64,000 bases of DNA, taken from positions 1,524 through 65,523 of the forward strand of contig JAADJA010000056.1 in assembly GCA_013151015.1 (NCBI GenBank), read 5' to 3'. The DNA comes from Chlorobiota bacterium. Lineage in GTDB: Bacteria > Bacteroidota > Bacteroidia > Bacteroidales > JAADJA01. The position numbers and the translations under genes were made by a program. Under the pieces are notes generated by a model. That model worked only from the letters and a program-made list of their open reading frames with translations. It was not told where the DNA came from and made no database searches. This document shows positions 1 to 8,470 of the stretch, in pieces (the stretch's first letter is position 1; each line of letters starts with the position of its first letter).

Positions 1-579
1 AGTGACACGGAGATAGGCCGTGAGTGGGAGGGCATCACTTCCGTACGGGTTGATCGTCTTGTCGTTTGCCAGTTTAACCAAATCCACCTTGGTGCTTTTT
101 TTGAGGGCACGTTCCCCAAAGCGTCTTGGTTCTTCCGAATGGAGGTAAAGGTTGTAACGCCTCTCCTTGTTGATAGAAGTAGGATTGTAATTTTCGATGT
201 CAATATTTTTAAAGTTCCGTACCCCTTCAATATACTTTAACCGGAAATCGAAAGTTGTATCGTGCTGTGGTTTTAGGGTGAAATCGTATTTGATATCACC
301 CATCACATTATCGGTTGTGTCCATGACCAGAAGATTGCTTTTGGGTGCAGACATGGTCATCATTAAATCCTGGTCTTCGTTTCCGCTATTGAATAAATTT
401 ACCTTGAAGGAAGTTTCGTTTTCGCCATTTTTAAAATAAATCCTGTCGGTTGGCAATATACTCATTTCCCATTGGCTTATGCGGTTAGTGGAGGCAAAAA
501 AGTAATCGCTGGCCAGTTCCCTGTCATCGGTGTTTTTCAGGAACCCATTGATGAAATATTTTGTGTTCCCCTTCATCAT
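1..579 (-). CDS. Partial CDS leaving the window: beta-rich Ig-like repeat secreted protein, probably the continuation of 597..935
   Basis: My own minus-strand translation from the ATG at 579 gives MMKGNTKYFINGFLKNTDDRELASDYFF...DALPLTAYLRVT and stays open to base 1. It is missing from the ORF track because it runs off the edge. Its composition and strand pattern match the preceding ORF. Confidence 0.5.
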   Translation of the reverse strand, partial: MMKGNTKYFINGFLKNTDDRELASDYFFASTNRISQWEMSILPTDRIYFKNGENETSFKVNLFNSGNEDQDLMMTMSAPKSNLLVMDTTDNVMGDIKYDFTLKPQHDTTFDFRLKYIEGVRNFKNIDIENYNPTSINKERRYNLYLHSEEPRRFGERALKKSTKVDLVKLANDKTINPYGSDALPLTAYLRVT

Positions 580-596
580 TGTTTGAGGGACAAGCC

Positions 597-935
597 TTAC
601 GCGGGGACAAACATGGAATCGTTCCCTGAAAGCTTATAGATTCTTTCTTTCCTGAGGAGGGTGGACCAATCGGGAGGAAAATTGAGGTCTATTTTGAATT
701 GTATTGAATTGCTTGATTTGTTGTAAACTTTCAGGACATTTGAAATGATTTGCCCTTTTTCGAGGATAACTTGCCTTTTCACGAAAGTCAGTTCGATGGA
801 ATCGGCAGAAATCCTTTCCGTTGAAACGTTGGTGACCTGTGCTTCGGAAATAATTGCAAAACCAGTTATTGCCATAATTAGCAATGAAGCTTTAAGCCAA
901 AGGAAAGATAATATGTCGCGGTTTTGATTTCCCAT
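597..935 (-). CDS. Signal-peptide-bearing N-terminal segment of a secreted Ig-like repeat protein (possibly the frameshifted 5' part of the 1..579 gene)
   Basis: 112-aa ORF with a hydrophobic leader (LWLKASLLIMAITGFAIISEA), followed by a beta-rich domain (KVYNKSSNSIQFKIDLNFPPDW). It ends at a TAA just after a CCCC run, and the next frame continues open. Confidence 0.45.
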   Translation of the reverse strand: MGNQNRDILSFLWLKASLLIMAITGFAIISEAQVTNVSTERISADSIELTFVKRQVILEKGQIISNVLKVYNKSSNSIQFKIDLNFPPDWSTLLRKERIYKLSGNDSMFVPA

Positions 936-948
936 TCTGCCTTTTGTT

Positions 949-1575
949 TTAGGGCACTTCTACAAGGTCAAATTTTATTTGTAATTGATAAATTCCGGGT
1001 TCGCTCGAAAATCCGGGCGTGATTTTAAAATCAACAGTAAAACTGAATTCTTCGTAATTGGTGAGGTAGCTTCCCGGACCGTTAACGTTGACAATACATG
1101 ATCCCGCATCAACACGGATTCCCGTGTTTTCAATTATTTCGATGAAATCGCCATTGTCGTTCATGTTTTGGAAAACCCCATCAACCGGTGAAGTGGCGCA
1201 TCCGTTTTTGATCCGCATCTCCAGGATATTTATTTTGGGGATATCGGCACTTCCTGTTCCGTATGAGGCAAGCTCTTCCCATTCGTCCAAAGCAGTTCCC
1301 GCCGAGGGATTGTTCTCAACACTCATGGTGAGCATCCATTTGCAGTTTGGGTTGGGTGGGATTTGGTCATCAACTTTTATCCTGATTTTTGCAGCACCAT
1401 GATATGTGATCCCTGCGATATATTTCCCAAATGAATCGAAAACAAAATCAGATTGTTCGCCGGTATTGGGAACGATTTCCACATCAGCGCATACAATTTG
1501 CGATACTCCGGTCTGCAGGGTAAGAGCAAACAGTATTGTTAGGATAAAACGGATATATGGATTTGTATTTTTCAT
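949..1575 (-). CDS. Secreted pilin/fibre-subunit-like protein, paralogue of 2933..3724
   Basis: It has a signal peptide (ILTILFALTLQTGVSQ). It shares the block FVFDSFGKYIAGITYHGA with FVFDDIKDYYAGITKYGA in the 263-aa protein. It also shares the C-terminal strand EPGIYQLQIKFDLVEVP with EPGVYTMYVQYVLVEDQ. Confidence 0.5.
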   Translation of the reverse strand: MKNTNPYIRFILTILFALTLQTGVSQIVCADVEIVPNTGEQSDFVFDSFGKYIAGITYHGAAKIRIKVDDQIPPNPNCKWMLTMSVENNPSAGTALDEWEELASYGTGSADIPKINILEMRIKNGCATSPVDGVFQNMNDNGDFIEIIENTGIRVDAGSCIVNVNGPGSYLTNYEEFSFTVDFKITPGFSSEPGIYQLQIKFDLVEVP

Positions 1576-1617
1576 TCAAGGTGGGTTCTAAAAATTCATT
1601 TTTTCACTTGTGATTAT

Positions 1618-2840
1618 AGAGAAATCGCAGAATCCGTTAAACAATTTTCCTAAATCAGGTCAGATATACTTTGTTCTTTTTGATTGCCACATATGAAATT
1701 TACTTTTTTCGAATTACAACCAGTTAAACAACAGGCGCATATCACTATATAATATTCAAGCGGGTTACCTGCCCGTAGCGGAACAGATTGTATGTCAGGT
1801 TTATCAACCCTATAATGCCTGTTGCCCTTTTTATCCCAACAGACCTTACAACCAATCCATTCATGCTTTGTTCCATAAAACCAAATACGTGTTCTGCCCT
1901 TGCCCTTGTTTTCGATTTCTTTTTGTTGCTTTCTTTTTGTTCATCGGTCAATGGTTTGTTGCGATATCCTTTTTCGTGTACTTGGTTGTTCATTTTATAT
2001 TTACTTATCACTTTTTCCTGGTCTTTACCTGTATAGGCACTATCGGCATGAAAATCCTGGCCTGCATCATCTTCGGTCAGTAATTTGTCCAATGGTTGGG
2101 AATCATGTACAAAAGCACCCGTGACCTCAAAATTGTCAATGAACTTGCTTTTCGTATCAACCTTTGCATGGTTTTTATATCCGAAAAATGTTTCCCCGTT
2201 CTTTTTTGTCCACCGGGCATCTATATCTTTATGTTTCTTCTTGTTCGGTTCATTATTCCATAGTTCATCCCCATTGTCTTCCTTTATCATTTTGTTTTCG
2301 TCACGGGTATTGCGTTGACGTGGTGCAACCGTAAAATTTGCATCGACCATTTTGCCCTCGTTCATAATAAGTCCTTTTGATTCAAGGTATTTTGTGAACT
2401 GTGAAAACATATCTTCTATTAGCCCCTCGTTTGTTAGTTTTTCACGAAAAGCCCAAACTGTTTTTTCATCCGGTACCTTATCCCCACTTTCCAATCCCAA
2501 AAACTTTTTAAAACTAAGCCTGTCAAGTATTTGATATTCAATTTGTGTATCCCCAAGTCCATAATACCGCTGTAATATCATTATCTTGAACATCATTACA
2601 ACGTCAAAAGGTTTTGCCCCTGCATTGTTCTTTTTGTCCCGGTTCAAGAGTTTTGCTTCAAGGTTTTCCCTGAACATCCCAAAACCCAACACTTTGCTTA
2701 TCACCTCTAAAGGATTACCAATATCAGACAGCTTTTGATATGTTTCTTGTTCGTCAAATAATCCTTTATTTCCTGTCTTTATATATTTTGTACTGTCATA
2801 ATCCAATTGTATCTATTTGATACAAATATGCGATTTGTCT
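1618..2840. mobile_element. IS5-family insertion sequence (ends approximate)
   Basis: It contains a single DDE transposase ORF. Candidate imperfect terminal inverted repeats are agagaaatcgcagaat (1618-1633) and the reverse complement of aatatgcgatttgtct (2825-2840), matching at 13 of 16 positions. The ~1.2 kb length fits IS5-type elements. Confidence 0.55.
1745..2806 (-). CDS. IS5/IS4-superfamily DDE transposase
   Basis: 353 aa. The N-terminal region (FDVVMMFKIMILQRYYGLGDTQIEYQILDRLSFKKFLGL) is typical of IS5-type transposases. DDE-type blocks are present: DANFTVAP, FHADSAYTG and RTRARAEHVFGFMEQ. Confidence 0.85.
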   Translation of the reverse strand: MDYDSTKYIKTGNKGLFDEQETYQKLSDIGNPLEVISKVLGFGMFRENLEAKLLNRDKKNNAGAKPFDVVMMFKIMILQRYYGLGDTQIEYQILDRLSFKKFLGLESGDKVPDEKTVWAFREKLTNEGLIEDMFSQFTKYLESKGLIMNEGKMVDANFTVAPRQRNTRDENKMIKEDNGDELWNNEPNKKKHKDIDARWTKKNGETFFGYKNHAKVDTKSKFIDNFEVTGAFVHDSQPLDKLLTEDDAGQDFHADSAYTGKDQEKVISKYKMNNQVHEKGYRNKPLTDEQKESNKKKSKTRARAEHVFGFMEQSMNGLVVRSVGIKRATGIIGLINLTYNLFRYGQVTRLNII

Positions 2841-2895
2841 GAACAACAATGATTTAAAATATAGAAGTCCCCTTAAGTTGGTTTGTAGAATAAAT

Positions 2896-2923
2896 CCGGG
2901 CAGAGAGCTGTGCTCCCGCCCGG
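2896..2923 (-). terminator. Hairpin terminator downstream of the 263-aa subunit gene
   Basis: The sequence ccgggcagagagctgtgctcccgcccgg forms a GC stem (ccgggc/gcccgg plus gagc/gctc). On the minus strand it is followed by a T-rich stretch (atttattct). Confidence 0.5.
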
Positions 2924-2932
2924 ATTCAATTT

Positions 2933-3724
2933 TTATTGGTCTTCTACCAATACGTACTGTACGTACATTGTGTAAACACCAGGTTCGGCGTAACTGTTAG
3001 GCCCATTAGCTGTAATGAGGTCTTCGGAAATTGTTGCATCGGCATCAAAAGCATTTGGGAAAATGGCCGGTAAGCCGGGCATAATCCTGTAGTCAACTAC
3101 GTAGTAAAAATCACTTGTATAACCACCTGCAGTCAGGTAAGAACCACCTTGCATGGCATCGTCGCCAATAGAAGAAGTACCTGAATGGCCAGCAATATAT
3201 TTATCGGCCACTGTTGGGGGTGTAAGTGTTCCGTTGTTCACATAAAGGCTGTTTGCGCCATTGTGTACATTGGAAGCAGGGAATGGAGTTGAATAATCAA
3301 TATAAGTAGCGGTAATACCGGCACCTGCAGCACCATTGTTGGGCTGTGATTGATGTAATTCAACTGCGCTCAGTGGTAATTGATTAATTGAGTTGGTTCC
3401 TGAACCGGAGCCATAATCAATCACCTGATCCCAGAATTCGGGTCCTATGGTCCCATTGGAACGACCAACGGCATAAAGATCCCAGCTTACTGTTGAGCTA
3501 ACTTTTAGAATGGTTGCGCCATACTTGGTGATACCGGCATAATAATCCTTGATATCGTCAAATACGAATTCAACCTGATCTGCGGTTTCCATATCCAACT
3601 GAAGGATAGGTTGCAAATCCATAGTAATTGTTACCGACTTTTCATCCTGTAACTGGGCGAAGAGTCCATTGTGCAGTCCAAATACCATTGCGACCACGAC
3701 GAGTAAAGTTAATTTACTTTTCAT
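2933..3724 (-). CDS. Secreted pilin/fibre-subunit-like protein, paralogue of 949..1575
   Basis: It has a signal peptide (LLVVVAMVFGLHNGLFAQ) and a Gly/Ser/Thr/Asn-rich beta-type composition. Its N- and C-terminal blocks are shared with the 208-aa protein. Confidence 0.5.
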   Translation of the reverse strand: MKSKLTLLVVVAMVFGLHNGLFAQLQDEKSVTITMDLQPILQLDMETADQVEFVFDDIKDYYAGITKYGATILKVSSTVSWDLYAVGRSNGTIGPEFWDQVIDYGSGSGTNSINQLPLSAVELHQSQPNNGAAGAGITATYIDYSTPFPASNVHNGANSLYVNNGTLTPPTVADKYIAGHSGTSSIGDDAMQGGSYLTAGGYTSDFYYVVDYRIMPGLPAIFPNAFDADATISEDLITANGPNSYAEPGVYTMYVQYVLVEDQ

Positions 3725-3970
3725 TTTTAAAAAATTTAATTAAACATTAATTTGATTGAATAGAACTGAAATCCATTATGGATCCCATAAGAATTTTAAT
3801 CTTTTTGAAAAGGCCTCCTTTCTTGATTTTCATGTTAACACTAATTTCATTTGATATTTTATTTTGAATATTTATTCGACTCTAAATTATCCAGGTATCT
3901 GGCGGCTAAGAAAGTTGGAAGGTTGGTGCTGAAACCTTTTATATAGGTTCAGGGAAGCATTAGGTTGGTT

Positions 3971-4852
3971 TTACTCTATTTGGATTTCCAGTTCTGCCGC
4001 AAGTATTTCACTGTTGCTCCCGTAATCAATTACCCCAACGGCTGAGTATTTCCCTTTTGGCAATATGGCAAGGACTTCGTAAAAGAATATGCGTTTGTAA
4101 CCAGGAAGTAAGGTGAAATTTTTTCCTCCGAGTGTTTGTTGTTCCCCGGTATTAAGATTGGTAAGTTCAACATAGGATTTGCAAAATGAAATGCCGTCAC
4201 CCGTGTTTTCAACGTTCAGTAAAAGATATTTCGGTTTGTTTTGGTCTTTTGCATCAAATGAGAAATCAAGTATCTCAATTGCATTGGACACAACATGCGG
4301 AGGGTTTTGATATATCCAAACACCAAATGCAACCGTAGGTGTGATACCAAAAGCAACTGTGTTCCCGCCATCATTCCCAGGATCAAGGCTTTGCCGCTCT
4401 TCGGCTTGCTCTATCATTAAAACACCCCAGGCGGCTTTATTGGCCAATGAGTCTTCTGGGATAGTCACCGTAACGGAAATGTCAGCAGATTCACCGGGGG
4501 CCAACTCAAGAAATGAAGGGGCAATATTGATGTACTTCGACAGGCTGTATTTACTTGTACCTGCATCAAGGAACTGGCTCTTTCCATCCAGGGTCATGTC
4601 AAAATCATTATAGATCACCCTGAATTTTTTAGCCTTGCTAGTATAATTGGCAACCTTTACTTTTTGGGTTTTTGTTTTCCCAAGGTCAACTTTGTAATTT
4701 AAATGTGAAGGGGAAACCGTAATCCCTTTGTTGTATTTATCATCGTCCCCACCGTTTTCTGAATAGGCTTTTCCGACACTTGTAAAAAGGATAACAAATA
4801 AAAAAAAGGAAACAGTTTGGGCTATTTTAAAGTTGGCTGTAAAAAATTTCAT
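3971..4852 (-). CDS. Secreted two-domain Ig-fold protein, candidate PapD-like periplasmic chaperone
   Basis: It has a signal peptide. The N-domain pattern GITVSPSHLNYKVDLGKTKTQKVKVANYTSKAKKFRV resembles the first strands of PapD-N. It is the first gene of a co-directional cluster with the subunit-like genes. Confidence 0.4.
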   Translation of the reverse strand: MKFFTANFKIAQTVSFFLFVILFTSVGKAYSENGGDDDKYNKGITVSPSHLNYKVDLGKTKTQKVKVANYTSKAKKFRVIYNDFDMTLDGKSQFLDAGTSKYSLSKYINIAPSFLELAPGESADISVTVTIPEDSLANKAAWGVLMIEQAEERQSLDPGNDGGNTVAFGITPTVAFGVWIYQNPPHVVSNAIEILDFSFDAKDQNKPKYLLLNVENTGDGISFCKSYVELTNLNTGEQQTLGGKNFTLLPGYKRIFFYEVLAILPKGKYSAVGVIDYGSNSEILAAELEIQIE

Positions 4853-5056
4853 TCCTTAATTATTTTTGATAATACATGTGATTTTCTGTTCTGTGGGTTT
4901 ATACTTTGGGTTTTTTAAAAGGTTACGGTTACAGTCTTATTTGTGGGGGATTTTTGATTTTTTTGTCTGATATAATTTTTCATATGGAATTGTTTTTTTA
5001 AGTAATTTCGTTAACCATTCGGTTATGAAAAATTATAAATTTTAAAAACTATAATT

Positions 5057-7156
5057 ATGAAAAAAATCCCTACGATCATTGTTTTCATCAGTCTTGGATT
5101 GATGTTGTTTCCTGGTATGCTATCGGCTCAAAAAGCAAGTGATGGCAAGAAGCCTTTGATTGAAAACCCCAACCTTAAACTTACATCGGACCTAATGACC
5201 CCGGAAGTCCTTTGGGCTTTTGGCCGTGTGGGCGGACAGGAAGTTTCACCCGATGGCAAAACCGTATTCTTCGGGGTTTCATATTACTCTATTGAACAAA
5301 ACAAAGGAAACCGCGAACTCTATATCATGGATGTAGATGGTGAAAACCTTAAACAAATCACCCATTCCCCAAAAAGTGAATTCAATGCGGTTTGGCGGCC
5401 CGATGGCTTGAAAATAGGTTTCCTTACTGCCGAAAGCGGTTCGGTGCAACTGTGGGAAATGAACCCGGACGGGACCGACAGAAAGCAGGTTTCTTCCATT
5501 GATGGGGGCATCATAGGCTTTAAATACTCCCCCGACCAAACAAAGATCCTTTATGTTAAAGAAATACCCATGGAGAACAAATTCCCCGATTTGTACAAAG
5601 GATTGCCCCAGGCAAGCGGAAAGCTGTTGGACGATTTGATGTACAGGCATTGGGATCATTGGGTGGAATCGTACAGCCATGTGTTTTATGCCGATTACAA
5701 AAACGGGAAAATCCAGAACGGTAAAGATATTATGGAAGGTGAGCCCTACCATTCACCTTTAAGCCCCTTTGGAGGTATGGAGCAAATCAACTGGAGTGCC
5801 GATGGCAAAACCATTGCCTATACATGCAAGAAATTAACGGGCAAAGCAGCAACGCTTTCAACCAATTCGGACATTTACCTTTATAACCTGGAAACCGGCG
5901 AAACAAAAAATATGACCGAAGGGATGATGGGCTTTGATGTGGCCCCGGTTTATTCTCCCGATGGGGATTATATCGCGTGGGAAAGTATGGAAAGGGACGG
6001 ATATGAATCCGATCAAAACCGTCTGTTTATTATGGATTTGAAAACGGGTGAAAAAACCTATGCAAGCAAAGGCTTCGATCAGAATGTCGGTGGACTGGTT
6101 TGGAATGATGACAGCAAGTCAATTTATTTTACAAGCGACTGGCACGGGACTTTCCAGATTTACAATTACAATTTGAAAAGCAATTCGATTGAAAAATTGA
6201 CCGAAGGTATGCATGATTATACAAGTGTTGCCCTTGCCGGCGATAAACTGATCGCTACAAAACGTTCCATGTCGATGCCCGTTGAATTGTTTTCGGTAGA
6301 TCCGAAGAACGGGGAAGGAAAGCAAATTACCTTCATAAACAAAGATTTGCTCGGCCAGCTTACCATGGGAAAAGTAGAGGAAAGGTGGATGAAGACATTT
6401 GATGGCGAGGATATGCTCACAATGGTCATTTATCCGCCCCATTTCGATCCCGATAAAAAATATCCCACTTTGCTATATTGCAAGGGCGGTCCGCAAGGTC
6501 CTTTGAGCCAGAGTTTTCATTATCGTTGGAATTACCAGTTGATGGCTGCCAATGGTTATATTATCGTTGCACCAAACCGCCGTGGTGTTTCCGGTTTTGG
6601 GCAGGCATGGCAGGAACAGATCAGTGGTGATTACCACGGAAAAAGCATGCAGGATTACCTGACAGCTATTGACGAAATGGCCAAAGAACCTTATGTTGAC
6701 GAAACCCGTCTCGGAGCTGTGGGTGCAAGTGCGGGAGGTTATGCCGTTTTCTATCTCGCCGGGAACCATGATGGAAGGTTCAAGGCATTTATTGCCCACG
6801 ATGGTATTTTCAACGAAGAAGCCCAATACCTTGAAACTGACGAAATGTGGTTCGAGAACTGGGACAAAGGAGGCCCTTTCTGGGAAAAGGACAATAAAAT
6901 TGCTCAGGAAGCTTACGCCCATTCGCCCCATAAATATGTACAGGACTGGGACACGCCCATCCTTGTTATCCATGGCGAAAAGGATTACAGGATTACCTAT
7001 ACTCAGGGAATGTCAGCTTTTAATGCCGCCATTTTAAATGATGTGCCTGCGGAATTCCTCTTTTTCCCCGATGAAAACCACTGGGTACTCCAGCCGCAAA
7101 ATGCTGTTTTATGGCAAAGGGTCTTTTTCAATTGGCTGGATAAATGGTTGAAGTAA
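5057..7156 (+). CDS. S9-family serine peptidase (prolyl oligopeptidase / acylaminoacyl-peptidase type) with an N-terminal beta-propeller
   Basis: 699 aa with a signal peptide. It carries the nucleophile motif GASAGGY. Downstream are HGEKDYRI and ENHWV, consistent with the Asp and His of the catalytic triad. Confidence 0.85.
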   Translation: MKKIPTIIVFISLGLMLFPGMLSAQKASDGKKPLIENPNLKLTSDLMTPEVLWAFGRVGGQEVSPDGKTVFFGVSYYSIEQNKGNRELYIMDVDGENLKQITHSPKSEFNAVWRPDGLKIGFLTAESGSVQLWEMNPDGTDRKQVSSIDGGIIGFKYSPDQTKILYVKEIPMENKFPDLYKGLPQASGKLLDDLMYRHWDHWVESYSHVFYADYKNGKIQNGKDIMEGEPYHSPLSPFGGMEQINWSADGKTIAYTCKKLTGKAATLSTNSDIYLYNLETGETKNMTEGMMGFDVAPVYSPDGDYIAWESMERDGYESDQNRLFIMDLKTGEKTYASKGFDQNVGGLVWNDDSKSIYFTSDWHGTFQIYNYNLKSNSIEKLTEGMHDYTSVALAGDKLIATKRSMSMPVELFSVDPKNGEGKQITFINKDLLGQLTMGKVEERWMKTFDGEDMLTMVIYPPHFDPDKKYPTLLYCKGGPQGPLSQSFHYRWNYQLMAANGYIIVAPNRRGVSGFGQAWQEQISGDYHGKSMQDYLTAIDEMAKEPYVDETRLGAVGASAGGYAVFYLAGNHDGRFKAFIAHDGIFNEEAQYLETDEMWFENWDKGGPFWEKDNKIAQEAYAHSPHKYVQDWDTPILVIHGEKDYRITYTQGMSAFNAAILNDVPAEFLFFPDENHWVLQPQNAVLWQRVFFNWLDKWLK

Positions 7157-7159
7157 GAT

Positions 7160-7185
7160 CTTCCAGAGTCGGAACGACCTGGAAG
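7160..7185 (+). terminator. Hairpin just after the peptidase stop codon
   Basis: The arms cttccag and ctggaag form a perfect 7-bp stem with a 12-nt loop. Confidence 0.35.
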
Positions 7186-7194
7186 CATCTGGCT

Positions 7195-7256
7195 TTCGAC
7201 AAGTTCAGGATGATCAATTTATTTATGCAATGCCAGGTCATCCTGAGCCTGTCGAA
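7195..7256. repeat. REP-like palindromic element between convergent genes
   Basis: The arms are ttcgacaagttcaggatgatc (7195-7215) and gtcatcctgagcctgtcgaa (7237-7256), which are imperfect reverse complements. The same arm sequence recurs at 40115-40158. Confidence 0.6.
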
Positions 7257-7292
7257 GGAGACCTGCTTTATTAAACTTTCAACGATATTATT

Positions 7293-8225
7293 TTAAAAAT
7301 AAATCGGATGAAACACCACTCCTTGCTCCGAATTGTACTCAAGGGTAGGGAAAGGGATTTTGATGAAATTGGCCAGGTTCAGGAAAAACTTCAGTGTTCG
7401 TGAACGGGTTTTTATACGGCTAAGGTCAACATCAAGTGACAAAAAGTATTGCCTGTACCTTGTGAATTCCGGAATTTCTTCCCCTTTATAGAACTCGGAG
7501 TTTTGTTTTGCCCCTGTCATTCCCGAAGCGCCATAACCCACCGATACGCTCAACCATGAAGGGAACTTTGAACGGGATGGTAAAAAGGCCTTCACGTTTC
7601 CCGATAACCAGTATGTTTGTCCATTATAATCCTTCAGGGCACTTTCGATCCCCCCGCTCCCCAAAAGGTCAGGTCGGTATTGCGCATATTCCGATGGATG
7701 GTACGACCATTTCATGTAAAAACGTTGTTCGTCCCAACCTAATTGTTGTCCGATGAACAGAGCCGTGCCAGCCGTGTTGGCAATCAGGTCGCCCGAAGAT
7801 GCGCCCCATTGTTCCGAAAAACCATCCAGGATTTCTATGGTGGTAAGGAAAATGAACCCGGCTGAGCCCCCGATCCAAATCGCCTTTTTTCGTTCCACCC
7901 CGGCCCAGCGGTAAAATTCATAACCAAACTTTCCAAAATAGGCCGCTGTGGTGGCATGGCCGATTTTATCCATCTGCAACCATTCATCATTGTCATCGAA
8001 CCAATGGAACTTTGATTGAGGGTAATTTTTATACCAAGCCTGGTACAAAATAGTTATCATGCTCCCATAGGCAACCCCTTGGGATCCCAAGACGAGGGTC
8101 AACCTTTTTTTGTGCAAGGTATCAGGGTAGGAGGGGACAAAATAGGGCGTTGACTGCGCTTGGGCCTTCCCTGCAAAAAGGAATACCATTCCAAAAATCA
8201 ATAGCAAATATCTTGATAATTTCAT
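7293..8225 (-). CDS. DUF2279-like lipoprotein/outer-membrane protein
   Basis: It has a signal peptide. It contains FHWFDDNDEWLQMDKIGHATTAAY, the block I associate with DUF2279. Confidence 0.55.
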   Translation of the reverse strand: MKLSRYLLLIFGMVFLFAGKAQAQSTPYFVPSYPDTLHKKRLTLVLGSQGVAYGSMITILYQAWYKNYPQSKFHWFDDNDEWLQMDKIGHATTAAYFGKFGYEFYRWAGVERKKAIWIGGSAGFIFLTTIEILDGFSEQWGASSGDLIANTAGTALFIGQQLGWDEQRFYMKWSYHPSEYAQYRPDLLGSGGIESALKDYNGQTYWLSGNVKAFLPSRSKFPSWLSVSVGYGASGMTGAKQNSEFYKGEEIPEFTRYRQYFLSLDVDLSRIKTRSRTLKFFLNLANFIKIPFPTLEYNSEQGVVFHPIYF

Positions 8226-8470
8226 TTTGACCTGTGAGCTTATTTGGTTTTACTATGGCACTTATTTCACAATACTGCCCCAAATTTCCGGGCTTGTTTA
8301 AACATGATGTTGTTCGTGTAAACTTTTGGGACATTATTGTAATGCAGATTCAACGCCTTAACCCATAACTTTTTTAACCTTTAACACTTAATTTGTAACA
8401 GGAAACGTTGGTTTGTTGTCCCGGTTTCATCAGCTTATGTAATTTTTTTTTAATTCATCATACCTTTCCC

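Noticed and set aside
197-439. An 80-aa plus-strand ORF at the window start.
   Set aside because: It lies antisense to the open minus-strand reading frame that continues the Ig-repeat protein. The sequence is hydrophobic and low-complexity, with no start context.
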